From Hemiscyllium ocellatum (Eukaryota): DNA of 64,000 nucleotides. Position numbers and translations under genes: made by a program. The DNA lies in contig NC_083409.1 in the NCBI RefSeq assembly GCF_020745735.1, positions 9,227,534-9,291,533 on the forward strand. The letters are read 5' to 3'. Below are positions 23,100 through 35,439 of the stretch, piece after piece (position 1 is the stretch's first letter; every line of letters begins with the position of its first letter). Under the pieces are notes generated by a model. The model had not been told where the DNA came from. It did no database searches and saw nothing but the letters and a program-made list of their open reading frames with translations.

Positions 23100-24910
23100 A
23101 TTTATAAAACTGCGCCACATCTTGGAATAATTTTGGCTCAATAAAACACCTGATTCTGGATGCCTGTGTTTTCCAAATCCCCATGGTCCTGTTATGGAAA
23201 TCTGATGTGCTCCTCACAATATCTCCCTGTGATAGCTGGGTAGTACCACTAGATGATGTCTAAACGACCATTCTTCATCGGTGGGTCCATGGGGGGTGTG
23301 GGGTCTCCACTTACTAATTAGCGCTCCATTCTGAAGTTAACAGCATTCTGAAATCCCTCCAGCCTCGACCTCAGTGTGAGCTGACTGTGCTCATTTATTT
23401 CATTCAGGATCTGCTTTTTGGATTTGCTGTAATTAGTGACATACCAAACACTCCACCCGGGATTATCTTCACCCTTTCGGAAAGTTTCAGCGATCCTTTC
23501 ATTTGCTGTGGTGTCACATCAACCCTTATTGATGGATTTTGTTTAACCATTGCCCTGGTTACCTCACACGAAGGAGAGAGACCAGGAACCTGTTCCTGTC
23601 ATTGTTCTGTTTCTTGGCCCTCCTTTGGACATTCTGTAATTATCGGGGAAGTTACTGCCTTTAGTCCTGACAAACCATTCCCCAAAAGGAAATCAATTCC
23701 ATCAACAGGGAATGTTTTCCCATTCCGATAATTACTTCCCCTGATAACAAATCACTTTCCAGTTGTACTTTATTTAGTGCAAGTAAAATATATTCTCCAC
23801 CAATCCCATTGATGAATATCTTAGATCCCATCGAGCTGTCTGGAGGGAAAATCAATTTTTTTCCTGTAAAAGTGATTGTGTTGCCCCTGTATCTCTCAGT
23901 TTGATTCCGGGTTTCGCTGAAGAAAAAGGAGTCACCAGGAGTCACCATTCCTTTTGATAAAAATCCTGTCCACCTCTCATCTACCTTTCAACTTCTTTTA
24001 CTAATGACAGAATTCACCTCCAGCCTTTTTGTTATAGTTACAGCTACAACCTGCTCTGTGGGATTATCTGCTTGTGTTCCCTCCTCTGGCTCATTTTTAT
24101 TAACTCCCATAAATCCCTTGGGTCTACCTCACAGCTTCCAACATTCCATACGCACATGGCCCACCTTTTTCCAAGAGAAACATTTAAGCTTCTGAGCATC
24201 ACTTCCACCCTCAGCAATTTCCTTCTTAATCTGAGGAGGAGTTCTCGGCCTGGTCCCTCCTGTCCATTCTCTCCCCTGGCTACCTGCCTTCCACACACAC
24301 TCCCAATTTTTATTTTTCTCCCATTTCTGGGCCTGATGGGAAAAAGGTTTCTGGATCAGTCTCCCATCAGGTGACTTCTCCACCTCCTGTTGCTGCTTGG
24401 CTTGTTGTGCTCTTCCAGCCTCCTGTTTGTCTACTTTGGATTCCAGCACCTGCAGGGTTTTGGCTTTAATGAAGTCTACAATCATAAGCCATTATAGCTA
24501 CTTGTCTTACTGTTGTTCCCCTTCAGTCTTCTACATGAATTCTGTTTCTAGAAGGGAAGGAAGGTTTAAAGTCTTCTCAAAGAATAATTTCTCCGACAGC
24601 ATTGTAAGTATTCTGAGGCTTTAATTCTCTTATTCACCTGTCAACATTATTTTGTTGAACTCTCTCAAACTCTGTAGAAGTTCATGGAGGCTGTTTCTGT
24701 AAGTTCTGAAACATCTGTCTGTATGTTTCTGGGATCAATGCATATGTGCTTTTCACCTTTTAACTTCCTCATGATCCTGAGAATTTTCCTCTGGCCCGGA
24801 TATAGAAACCTCTTGTGCTTCCCAAGTTCATTTTGCATGGACAAACTCCATTGTTTTTCCTCGCCTCACTTGTTTAAATATCCTCTCAAAAGACATGAAA
24901 AATGTCTCCA
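23100..24910 (-). mobile_element. Gypsy LTR-retrotransposon remnant (Gmr1-like): gag, protease, integrase N-terminus
   Basis: Degenerate gag (EKDVETFFMSFE…, PETYRQMFQNL…), CCHC knuckle KCFSWKKVGHVRMEC, protease-like IFINGIGGE…LESDLLSGEVIIG, then a KWRPH…LVVLP/integrase zinc-domain-like segment with no RT between. Confidence 0.75.
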
Positions 24911-26475
24911 CGTCCTTCTCTTCATAGTCATAGAGTCATAAAGCAAACAAACAGGCCCTTCTGCCCACCATGTTGATGCTGATCAGTAAACACCAAACTG
25001 CACTAATCCCATTTACCTGCACTTGGTCCATAGCCTTCCATGCCCTGGCAATTTATGTGCTCATCTGGATGTGTCTTAAATGTTGTGAGAGGTGCTGCCT
25101 CCATCAGCTTCTCAGGCAGCACATTCTATATTTGTACCACCCTCTGGGGTAAAAAAAATCCTCAATTCCCCTCTCAACCACCTTTTCATCACATTAAGTT
25201 TATTCCCTCCGGTCATAGACATGTCTGCCATGGGGAAAAGATGATCACAATTGACTTTGTCTATGTCCCTCGGAATTTTGTATATCTTAATCAGATTCAC
25301 CACACACTTCCACCACGCCACCTCCCCCCGCACCCCTACACTCTTCATCTGCTCCACAGGAAACAAACCCAGTTGATCAAGTCTCTCTCCTCATAACTAA
25401 GACTTTCCATACCAAGCAACATCCTGGTGAATCTCCTCTACACCCTCTCCAGTCAATCAACATCTTCCAACAGTGTTATGACCAGAACTGTACAGTGTTC
25501 CAGAAACGGCCAAACCAATGCTCTGTAAATTATCAACGAGACTTCCTTACTCCGATATTCTACACCCTGGCTAATGATGCCTTCTTCACCACCCTGTCTA
25601 GCTGTGCTGATACCTTCTGGGATCGATGGAGTTGTACACCAAGGTCCCTTTGTTCCTCACTACTCCCAAGGAACATAAGAACTAGGAGCAGGAGTAGGCC
25701 GGCTGGCTCTTCGAGCCTGCTCCACTGTGCAATAAGATCATGGCTGATTTTTTCCTGGACTCAACTCCACATACCTGCGCTCTCATCTTATCTCTTAATT
25801 CCTTTATTTTTCAAAAAAAAATCTGAGCTCTAAAAATGTTTACAGAAGAAGGATCAACTACTTAATTGGGCAAGGAATTTCATAGATTTATGGCCCTCTG
25901 GGTGAAGAAGTTCCTTCTCAATTCAATCCTAAAACTGCACCCCTTAATTTTGAGCGATGCCCTCTTGTCCAAGTTTCACCTGCCAGTGGAAATATTCTCT
26001 CTTCTTCATATTTTTATATGTTTCTATAAGATCCCCCCTCATTCTTCTAAGTTCCAATGAATATATGCCAGTCTACTCAGTCTCTCCTCATAAGCCAACT
26101 CCCTCAACCCTGGAATCAACCCTCTCTGCACCCCTTCTAGTGCCAGTACATCCTTTCTCAAGTAAGGAGACCAAAACTGCACAAAGTACTCCAGATGTGG
26201 CCTCACCAGCACCCTGTAAAGCTGCAGCATAACCTCTCTGCTTTTTAAACTGAATCCCTTTAGCAATGAAGGACAAAATTCCATTTGCCTTCCTAATTGC
26301 TTGTTGTACCTGCAGACCAACCCTCTGTGATTCATGCATAAGAACACTCAAGGCACATGCCTTTCATTGTGTATATCCTTCCCTTATTAAACCTCCCAAA
26401 TTGGATCACCTTACACTTGTCAGGATTAAATTCCATCTGTCATTGTTCGTCCCAATTACCAGCTGACCAATATCA

Positions 26476-27252
26476 GACTGTAGCCTGAGACCCAGTAATC
26501 CAAGATGGCAGCAGAGTAGGACTCTTCAGACCAAGTTCATCTGCTCCGTCTGTTTCCTTTTTTGCTTTTTCTTCCACTGGTTTTTATTTTCTTTTGTGCT
26601 TTTCTTTTGTCGTTCTCTCTTCTTTTCTCTCCCAGCCAAGGACTCCCAGCCTCACTCGCCAGACGTCTGACCAGTGCAGCCCCAGTGTTGCGGCCTCTTG
26701 ACTTGGTGTGGCAGAGTCCTGACCTGGCAGAGAGACCTCCCAGCTCGGTGAGGCAAACTCTCGGTCTGACGTGTTGGGCTCTCAGTTTAATGTGGTGGCC
26801 TCTCGGCTCAGAATGCTCGACTGTCACTCCAGCGTGACGAACTCTCAGCCTAGCATGGCGATCTCTCAATTGCCCAGCGTGGTTGTCTCTCGGCCCACAG
26901 GATGGTCTTTTGCTGTATATAGTGGTCTTTAAGACCAGCACAGCCTCAACTTGCCTTCCAGTCTCGAAGGGATTGATTCAAAGTATGATCCCATGGTAGC
27001 CAAGCGCTTAAGAAAGACTGGAATGATTGAACTTCCAGATTTATTTCTTTATTTTATTCTTAAAACTAAAAAGGTCAAGAAGTCTGTAACTTGTAACTTT
27101 TAAATTTATTCTTTCTTTATACCTTGTTTTTAAGATTCTGTACTTTGGTCCTTGTTCCTAAGATGGCTCCTTCCAAGGTGACATCACATACTTTTCACTA
27201 CACTCCAATACTTTTGTACTTGAGTCCATGTAACAATAAAATAAAATAAAAT
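26476..27252 (+). mobile_element. Non-autonomous retroposon with (AATAA)n tail and 8-bp TSD
   Basis: CAATATCA at 26468-26475 and 27253-27260; 5' CAAGATGGC motif; 3' …GTAACAATAAAATAAAATAAAAT; interrupts a CR1 fragment; no convincing coding frame. Confidence 0.7.
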
Positions 27253-28117
27253 CAATATCAACAACACCACCAATTTATGTGGCATCTGAAAACTTTCTAA
27301 TTATACAATCACAGTCAATTCATTAAGGTACATTACAAACAGAAATGGTCGCAGCCCCAATTCCTGACATACACCACTGGTCACAGGCTTCCAATTACGA
27401 AGACAACCCTTCGCCAACTTGTCAACTTGCCTTGGATCCCATGGGCTCTGACCATCTGGACCAGCCTTCCATGTGGGGCCTTTGTCAAACAAATCAATAC
27501 TGGCATCCCTCCCTCTCCAAGTATTGCTTAATCCTGTACTTCAGGATTTTTTCTAATAATGTCCTTCACATTGACATCAGACTAACTGGTCTGGAATTGC
27601 CTGGCCTATCCCTGCTGCCCTTCTTGAACAAAAGAACCACATTGACAATCCTCCAGTCTGACACTTCACCTGTGGCCAGCGAAGTATTAATCAAGGAAAA
27701 GGCAATCAAATTTTCAAGACAATGAAATGAAAACTACAGTTAAGTTAATCCTAAAGATGCGTTAGAGAAATGAACCCTTTCTCCCTGTTAGTTAAGTACA
27801 ATAAAGCAATAATGTTAGAATAGAAAGGATTTTATTTTGCCGTGTTTTGAAATCTTTTGAAATTGTGTTTTCTGTCAGTATGTTTTATTTTATATTCATT
27901 TCTTTTGTGCACTGAGGTCTTATTATTCAATCTAAATCATCAGCATTGCGTACTTATGCTCTACAGCTGCTGCAGACCAACTGCATTTCTTCAGCAGTTT
28001 TGGGGTTTGTTTCAGTCTGAGATCTGTGTTGTCCAAATAATACCAGCAGTTGGGATGGGAATAGTTGGCTAGCATCATGATTGTCACTCTAATTAGAAAT
28101 TGACACTTCGTATTTGA

Positions 28118-29231
28118 TGAATCCAACAAACCCTTACACTGTTTTCACATCTGTCAATCACCACGTCACTGCCACCGCTCTTACCTTTCCAGAATCCAGG
28201 CAAATCCTTTTGCTCTCAGTGTGTGACTTGTGTACTTAACTTGGGCATCTTTAATTGCAAATTTTCTTGTTCAGCTTAATGACTCTTTCTTTCTTGTTCA
28301 GCTCCTGACAAGCTACACCCAGCAGGCCACTAGATGATAATTGTGGTCAGCAATGCTTTGTATCTAGAATAGCCCACTTTGTCCCCATATCCTTCTCACT
28401 CACACTCTCAACTGATTACCTGGGCATCGCGGCAGGTCGCCGTGTTTGACTCGAAATTGACTCGAAATTGAATCAACTGTTGGTATTTCATGTGGCCATT
28501 CAATTGAAAAACAAGTATATTTACACTGAAGTTAATAAATTATAAATGTATAATAATTGGACAGAATGATATATTACATTTTGCAGCATTTGAGGGATAT
28601 AACTTTTGCCGGTTTGTCAAGAAACCCCTTTCATAAGGTACAGGTTACAACAACGTTTGCTGCGCATCTTTTATAATGGACTCCCGTATTTCTCCCACCA
28701 CTGATGTCAAGCTAACTGGTCGACAAAAACCACTGTGTTCTCTCTGTCTTCCTTCTTAAATAGTGGGGTTATGTTAGCCACTTTCCAGTCCATAGGAACT
28801 GTTCCTGAGTCTAGATTTCTGAAAGATGACGATGCCTGCATCTATTCTTTCTAATGCCACTTTCCTAAGTATTCTGGGATGAGGGGATCAGGCTGCCAAA
28901 GATATTTTATGGCTCCTCCTTGTCCTCCTATTCTTTAAGCACCTCCCCACACTTTCTCTTCTCCTGAAGGGTCTCCCTCTCTTTGATGCTCTGTACTTGG
29001 TATGTGCTTATTCCTTATCTTTCTTAAACTATGTCGCTTGTCAGGAGCTGAACAAGAAAGAAAGAGTCATTAAGCTGAACAAGAAAGTTTGCAATTAAAG
29101 ATGCCCAAGTTAAGTACATCAGTCACATACTGAGAGCAAAAGGATTTGCCTGGATTCTGGAAAGGTAAGAGCGGTGGCAGTGATGTGGTGACTGACAGAT
29201 GTGAAAACAGTGTAAGGGTTTGTTGGATTCA
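28118..29231. repeat. 200-bp inverted repeat pair (28118-28317 and 29032-29231) with 714-bp spacer
   Basis: About 7 mismatches in 200 nt by hand alignment; no TSD seen. Confidence 0.9.
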
Positions 29232-30066
29232 GGAGCAGCTGTCCTTGCCTTTATTTCTAAGCTGGCCTTGAACTACATTAAAAAGATCCCCACTTTCCAA
29301 ATGTAGACTGACTTCCAAGTAATTGCTCCCAGTCTATATTTGCCAGATCCTGTCTAATGAAATTGAAATTGGCCTTGCCTCACTTTAGACACAACTTCTG
29401 CGCTACCCTTATTCCTTTCCATAATAATAAGGAAACGTACGGAGTTATGTTCCCTGTCTCCAAAATGCTCACCCATTGACTCTTCAACAATTTGACATTA
29501 CCTCGGATTGAGCCCAGCACTGCCCATGTCTACGTACTGGCACCAAAAGCTCTCCTGGATGGACTTTAAAAATTCCATTCACATGAAGTCAAACATAAAG
29601 TTTATGTTAGATAAGTTGAAATTCCTTGCTAATATAGCCCTATTCCTCTCACGCCTCTCAGTGATTTGCCGACATATCTGCTCCTCTCTCTCCAACTGAC
29701 TATTGGGGAGCCTGTAGTATAATCCCCGCAAAGTGATTGTCCTTTTGTCTCGCTCTACCCAGACGGCGTCATTTGAAGACCCTTCCAAGAAATGCCCCTT
29801 CAGTAGCAATACTGCAGTCATGGTTTCTTTTATCAATAATGCAACACACCCACCTCTCTTGCACCCTGTCTATCCCACCTCAGACTTGTCTACCCTGGAA
29901 TGTTGAGCATCCAGTCCTATCTTTGTTCAATCTTGTCTCAGCAATTGCAACAATATGATATTCCAAAAAGACAATGCAACAGCATATGAAATAGCATAAG
30001 AGATATGGTTAGTAAGTTTTCAGATGACACCAAAGTTGGAGGCGGAGTGGACAGCAAAGAAGGTTA

Positions 30067-30203
30067 GGAGAAAGTGAGGACTGCAGATGCTGGAGATCAG
30101 AGCTTAAAATGTGTTGCTGGAAAAGCGCAGCAGGTCAGGCAGCATCAAAGGAGCAGGTGAATCGACGTTTCGGGCATAAGCCCTTCTTCAGGGATTTATT
30201 TTA
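30067..30203 (-). mobile_element. 137-bp non-autonomous Penelope-terminus-derived element with 14-bp TSD
   Basis: AGCAAAGAAGGTTA duplicated at 30053-30066 and 30204-30217, interrupting a CR1 RT region; the insert matches the 3' termini of the larger Penelope-like copies in the window. Confidence 0.85.
30160..30195 (-). ncRNA. Minimal type I hammerhead ribozyme motif
   Basis: Minus strand CUGAAGA-A-GGGC-UUAU-GCCC-GAAA-C-GUC-GAUU: CUGANGA core, 4-bp stem II, GAAA, palindromic ACGU in place of helix III, GUC cleavage triplet. Stem I is weak. Confidence 0.6.
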
Positions 30204-31199
30204 AGCAAAGAAGGTTACCTCAGATTACAACTGGATCTGGATCAGATGGGCCAATGGGCTGAGAAGTGGCAGATGGAGTTTAATTCAGATAAATGCGAGG
30301 TGATGCATTTTGGGAAAGCAAACCTTAACAGGACTATATACTTAATGGTAAGGTCCGAGAGAGTGTTGCTGAACAAAGAGACCTTGGAGTGCAGGTTCAT
30401 AGCTCCTTGAAAGTGGATTCACATGTAGACAGGATAGTGAAGAAGGTATTTGCTATGCTTTCCTTTATTGTTCAGAGTATCGAGTACAGGAGTTGGGAGG
30501 TCATGTTGTGGCTGTATAGGACATTGGTGAGGCCACTGTTGAAATATTCTGGTCTCCTTCCTATTGGAAAGATGTTGTGAAACTTGAAAGTGTTCAAAAA
30601 AGATTTACTAGTACGTTGCCAGGGTTGGAGGATTTGAGCTAAAATGAGAGGCTGAACAGGCTGGGGCTGTTTTCCCTGGAGCGGCAGAGGCTGAGGGTGA
30701 CCTTATAGAGGTTTACAAAATTATAAGGGGCATGGATAGGATAAATGGACAAAGTCTTTTCCCTGGGTTTGGGGAGTCCAGAACTAGAGGGCATAGGTTT
30801 AGGATGGGAGGGAAAAGATATAAAAGAGATGTAAGGGGCAACTTTTTCACGCAGAGGATGGTACGTGTACGGAAAGAGCTGCCAGAGGAAGTGGTGGAGG
30901 CTGGTACAATTGCAACAATTAAAAGGCATTTGGATGCACACATGAATAAAAAAGGGTTTGGAGGGATGTGGGCCGGGTGCTGGCAGGTGGGACTAGAATT
31001 GGGTTGGGACATCTGGTCGGCATGGACAGGTTGGACCAAAGGGTTTTTTTCCAGGCTGTACATCTCTATGTCTCGATGACTCTATATTCCCATGTGCCAT
31101 TCAATGCTCTCAGTTCAACCACATTACTGGTCAAGCTCCTTACATTGAAATCGATACAGTTTAGCTTTCTGGATCGTGTATTCTGGATCGTGTCCTAGT

Positions 31200-31723
31200 G
31201 GTTATTGTGTGCAGTTTTGGTCGCCATACTACAGGAAGGATGTGGAAGCTTTAGAACGAGTGCAGAGGAGGTTTACCAGGATGTTGCCTGGAATGGTAGG
31301 AAAATCTTATGAGGAAAGGCTGAGGCACTTGGGGCTGTTCTCATTGGAGAAGAGAAGGTTTAGGGGAGATCTGATAGAAGTGTATAAGATGATTAGGGGT
31401 TTAGATAGGGTAGATACTAAGAACCTTTTACCGCTAATGGAGTCAGGTGTTACTAGGGGACATAGCTTTAAATTAAGGGGTGGTAGGTATAGGACAGATG
31501 TTAGGGGTAGATTCTTCACACAGCGGGTTGTGAGTTCATGGAATGCCCTGCCCGTATCAGTGGTGAACTCTCCTTCTTTATGTTCATTTAAGCGGGCATT
31601 GGATAGGCATTTGGAAGTTATTGGGCTAGTATAGGTTAGGTAGGATTCGGTCGGCGCAACATCGAGGGCCGAAGGGCCTGTACTGCGCTGTATCCTTCTA
31701 TGTTCTATGTTCTATGTTCTATG
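31200..31723 (+). mobile_element. Young 5'-truncated CR1 3' end with (TTCTATG)n tail
   Basis: Uninterrupted ORF 31176-31634 and a clean heptamer microsatellite tail. Confidence 0.88.
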
Positions 31724-31899
31724 GTCACTCAGTGGTTTTCTGTGTAGCCCTTACTTTCCCATGAAGGGAAACGTTGAGCATTAACTTAAGGGAATTTTAT
31801 ACCAATTAGTCGGACTTCAGCAGTGGAGAAAAAGCCTCAAATTCATTATAAAATATTTTATAGCTTAGCACTGAGAAAACAGTGACAGAATTGGATAGA

Positions 31900-34800
31900 G
31901 TCAGCATGGATGATCAAAAGAAAAATCATGCTTAACAAAAGACTGGACTTGTTTTAGGATGTAGTGAGTGGATTTGACAAGGGGGAGCCAGCGGATGTGG
32001 TTTATTTGGACTTTGTAAGGGGAATAGATAGGTGGTTCTGTAGTCAAAAACGTGACTCCAGAATAGCTCTGAAGGGGGAGGGTGAACAGATAGCTGTGAT
32101 GGTGCATGTAGGCCACAATGATATATGTAATAAACGGGATGAGGTTCAACATGCAGAATTTAGGGAGTTAGGAACCACATTAAAAACAAGGACCTCAGAG
32201 GTAGTAATCTCACGATTGCAACCAGTGCCGCGAATTAGTCAGAATAGACATGGAAGAATAGGCAGGATGAACGAGTGGCTTGAGAGATGGCGCAGCGGGG
32301 AGGGTTTCAGATTTTTGAGACATTGGGATTGGTTCTGGGGGAGGTGGGACTATTACAAATCAAGAATGCCTGCACCTGGGCAGGACTGGAACCAATGTCC
32401 TCCAGGCTACTTTTGCTCACGTTCTTGGAGATGGTTCAAAATAATGTAGCAGAGTGATGGGAACCAAATGAGGAGGTTAGTGGACAGTAAGGAGGTAGTA
32501 ACTAAAGCCTGTAAGGAACTAAGTAATGAAATCAGCGTGACTAAGGGTAAGAATAGGTAGATGATGAACGCAAAGGAACAGGTGGTCTGAGAATCATTTG
32601 TTTTAATGCAAAAATTATAGTAGGTAAGGCAGAGGATTTTAGGGCTTGGATTTGTACCTGGTAGTATGATGTTATTGAAATTACTGAGATGTGGCTGAGG
32701 GAAAGGCAAGATTGGCAACTAAATATCCCAGGATACAGATGTATCAGATGTGTTCGAGAGGGGGGTAAAAGGGGTAAAGGAGTGGCATTACTGGTCAGAG
32801 AGGATATCACAGCTGTGCTGAAGGAAGGCACTATGGAGGACTTGAGCAGAGGGGCAATTTGGGCAGACCTCAGAAACAGGAAGGGTACAGTAACAATGCT
32901 GTGGCTGTACTATAGTGCTCCCAACAGCCAGCACAAGATAGCGGTCAAATATGTAAACAGATCATGGAAGATGTAAGAGCAACAGGGTGGTGGCGATGGG
33001 AGATTTTAATTTTCTCAACATTGACGGGGATTCACTTAAAGTTACAGGTTTAGACAGAGCAAAATTTGTAAGGAACACCCAGCAGGATTTTACATAGTAT
33101 GTAAATAGTTCAACTCAGGAAGGGGCCATACCGGACCTGGTGTTGGGGAATGAGCGCAGCCAGGTGGTTGAAATCTCAATCGGGGATTACTTTGGGAACA
33201 GTGATCACAATTCCGTAAGTTTTTAGAATGCTAATGGACAAAGACGAGAGTGGTCCGAAAGGAAGAGGGCTAAACTGGGGGAAAGACCAACTATACCAAA
33301 ATTCGGCAGAAGCTGGGGAATGTGGATTGGGAGCAGCTGTTTGAGGGTAAATCCACATTTGATATGAAAGAGAGTTTGATTAGAATGCAGGACAGACATG
33401 TCCCTGTGACAATGAGGGATTGCAATGGCAAGATTAGGGAACCCTGGATGACAGGTGAAATTGTGAGACTAGCTAAGAGGTAAAAGGATGCATACATAAG
33501 GTCTAGGTAGCTGACAACTAGCAAAGCGTTGGAAGAATACTGGGAAACTAGGACCGATCTGAAATTAGGAATTAAAAGGGCTAAAGGGGGTCACAAAACA
33601 TCATTATCAAAATGGGTTAAAGAAATCCCAAAGCCTTTTATTCATATATAAGGAGCAAGAGGGTGACTAGAGAAAGGGTTGGCCCACTCAAGGACAGAGG
33701 AAATTTAAGCATGGAGTTAGGGAAAATGGGAGAGATTCTTAATGAGTGGTTTGTTTTGGTACTCACAAAGGATAGGGTAAAGCTGGACATTAAAGTTGGA
33801 GATAGATGTTTGATTACTCTTGGTCAAGTTGGTTTAAGGCGGGATAAAGTGTTAAGTATTCTAAAAGGCATTAAGGTGGACAGGTCCCCAGGTCAGGATG
33901 GAATCTATCCCCGGGTACTGTGGGAAGCAAGAGAGGAGATAGCTGGGGCCTTAAGAGATATCTATGTAGCAATCTTGAACATGGGTGAGGTCCCAGAGGA
34001 CTGGAGAATAGCTAATGTTGTCCCCTTGTATAAAAAGAGTAGCAAAGATAATCCAGGTAATTATCAAACGGTGAGCCTGACGTCAGTGGAAGGGAAGCTG
34101 ATGAAGCAGATACTGACTTGGAAGAAAATGGATGTATCAGTGATAGGCAACATGATTTTGTGCAGGGAATTTCATGTCTTACCTACTTCATAGAATTTTT
34201 TGAAGAAGTGACAAAGTTGATAGATTAGGGAAGAGCTGTAGATGTCATACACATGGACTTCAGTAAGGTGTTTGATAACATTCCCATGTAGCCTGATAGA
34301 GAAATTAAAGTCGCATGGGGTCCAGGGTGTTCTAGCTAGATGGATAGAGAACAGGCTGGGCAACAGGAGACAGAGAGTAGTAGTGGAAGGGAGTTTCTCA
34401 AAATGGAGAACAGGAATATGTGCTGAGAACACTCTTGTTTATATTATATATTTAAATGATCTGGAAGAAGGTATAGGTGGTCTGATTAACAAGTTTGCAG
34501 ATGACACTAAGATTGGTGAGTAGCAGGTAGTGAAGGGGACTGTCAGAGAATACAGCGGAATATAGATAGATTGGAGAGTTGGGCAGAGAAACGGACAGAT
34601 GGAGTTCAATCCGGCCAAATGTGATCTGATGAATTTTGGAAGATCCAATTCTAGAGTAAACTATATGCTGAATAGAAAGCCCTGGAGAAAATTGATGCAC
34701 AGAGAGATCTGGATGTTCGGGTCCATTGTACCCTGAAGGTGGTAATGCAGGTTGATAGAGTGGTCCAGAAGGCAGATGGCATGCTTTCCTTCATCGGTTG

Positions 34801-35400
34801 GGGTACAAGAGTAGGCAGGTCATGTTAGAATTGTATCAGAATTTGGCTTGACCACATTTGGAATACTGCATACAGTTCTGGTCGCCACATTACCAGAAGG
34901 ATGTGGATGCTTTGGAGACGGTGCAGAGGAGCTTAACCAGGATTGTCTCATATGGAGGGGCATGAGCTATGAAGAGAGGTTGAATAGCTTAGCATCATTT
35001 TCAATAGAAAGTTGAAGATTGAGGGAGGACCTGCTAGAGGTCTACAAAATCATGAGAGCTATAAACATGATGGATAGCAAGAAGATTTTTCCCAGAGTGA
35101 GGGGTTCAATTGCTAGGGACCATGGGTTCAAGGTGAGAGAAGAAAGGTTTAAGGGAGATATTACTGCGTGGAAAGTTCTTTACGCAGAGAGTGGTTGGTA
35201 CCTGGAACACGTTGGCAGCGGAAGTGGTAGAGGCGGGCATGATAGCATCATTAAAGATGTATCGAGATAGATGCATGAATGGGCAGGCAACAGAGGGATA
35301 CAGATCCTTGGAAAATTGATGATAGGTCGAGAATGAAGCTATGGATCAGTGCAGGCTTGGAGGGCTGAAGGGCCTGTTCCTGTTTTGTAATTTTCTTTGT
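31900..35400 (+). mobile_element. Degenerate near-full-length CR1-like LINE
   Basis: Esterase ORF1 (AVMVHVGHNDI), EN fragments (ETWL, DFNF), RT fragments (NYQTVSLTS, FADDTKIG). Confidence 0.85.
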
Positions 35401-35439
35401 CCCTTGTTCTTGGTCCTGAGAAAGCTCAAAGGAACAGAG

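Larger units (their letters stand above)
30000..31075 (+). mobile_element. CR1-like LINE RT 3' portion
   Basis: FSDDTKVG motif; ORFs 30389-30580 and 30732-31079; typical tail. Confidence 0.85.
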
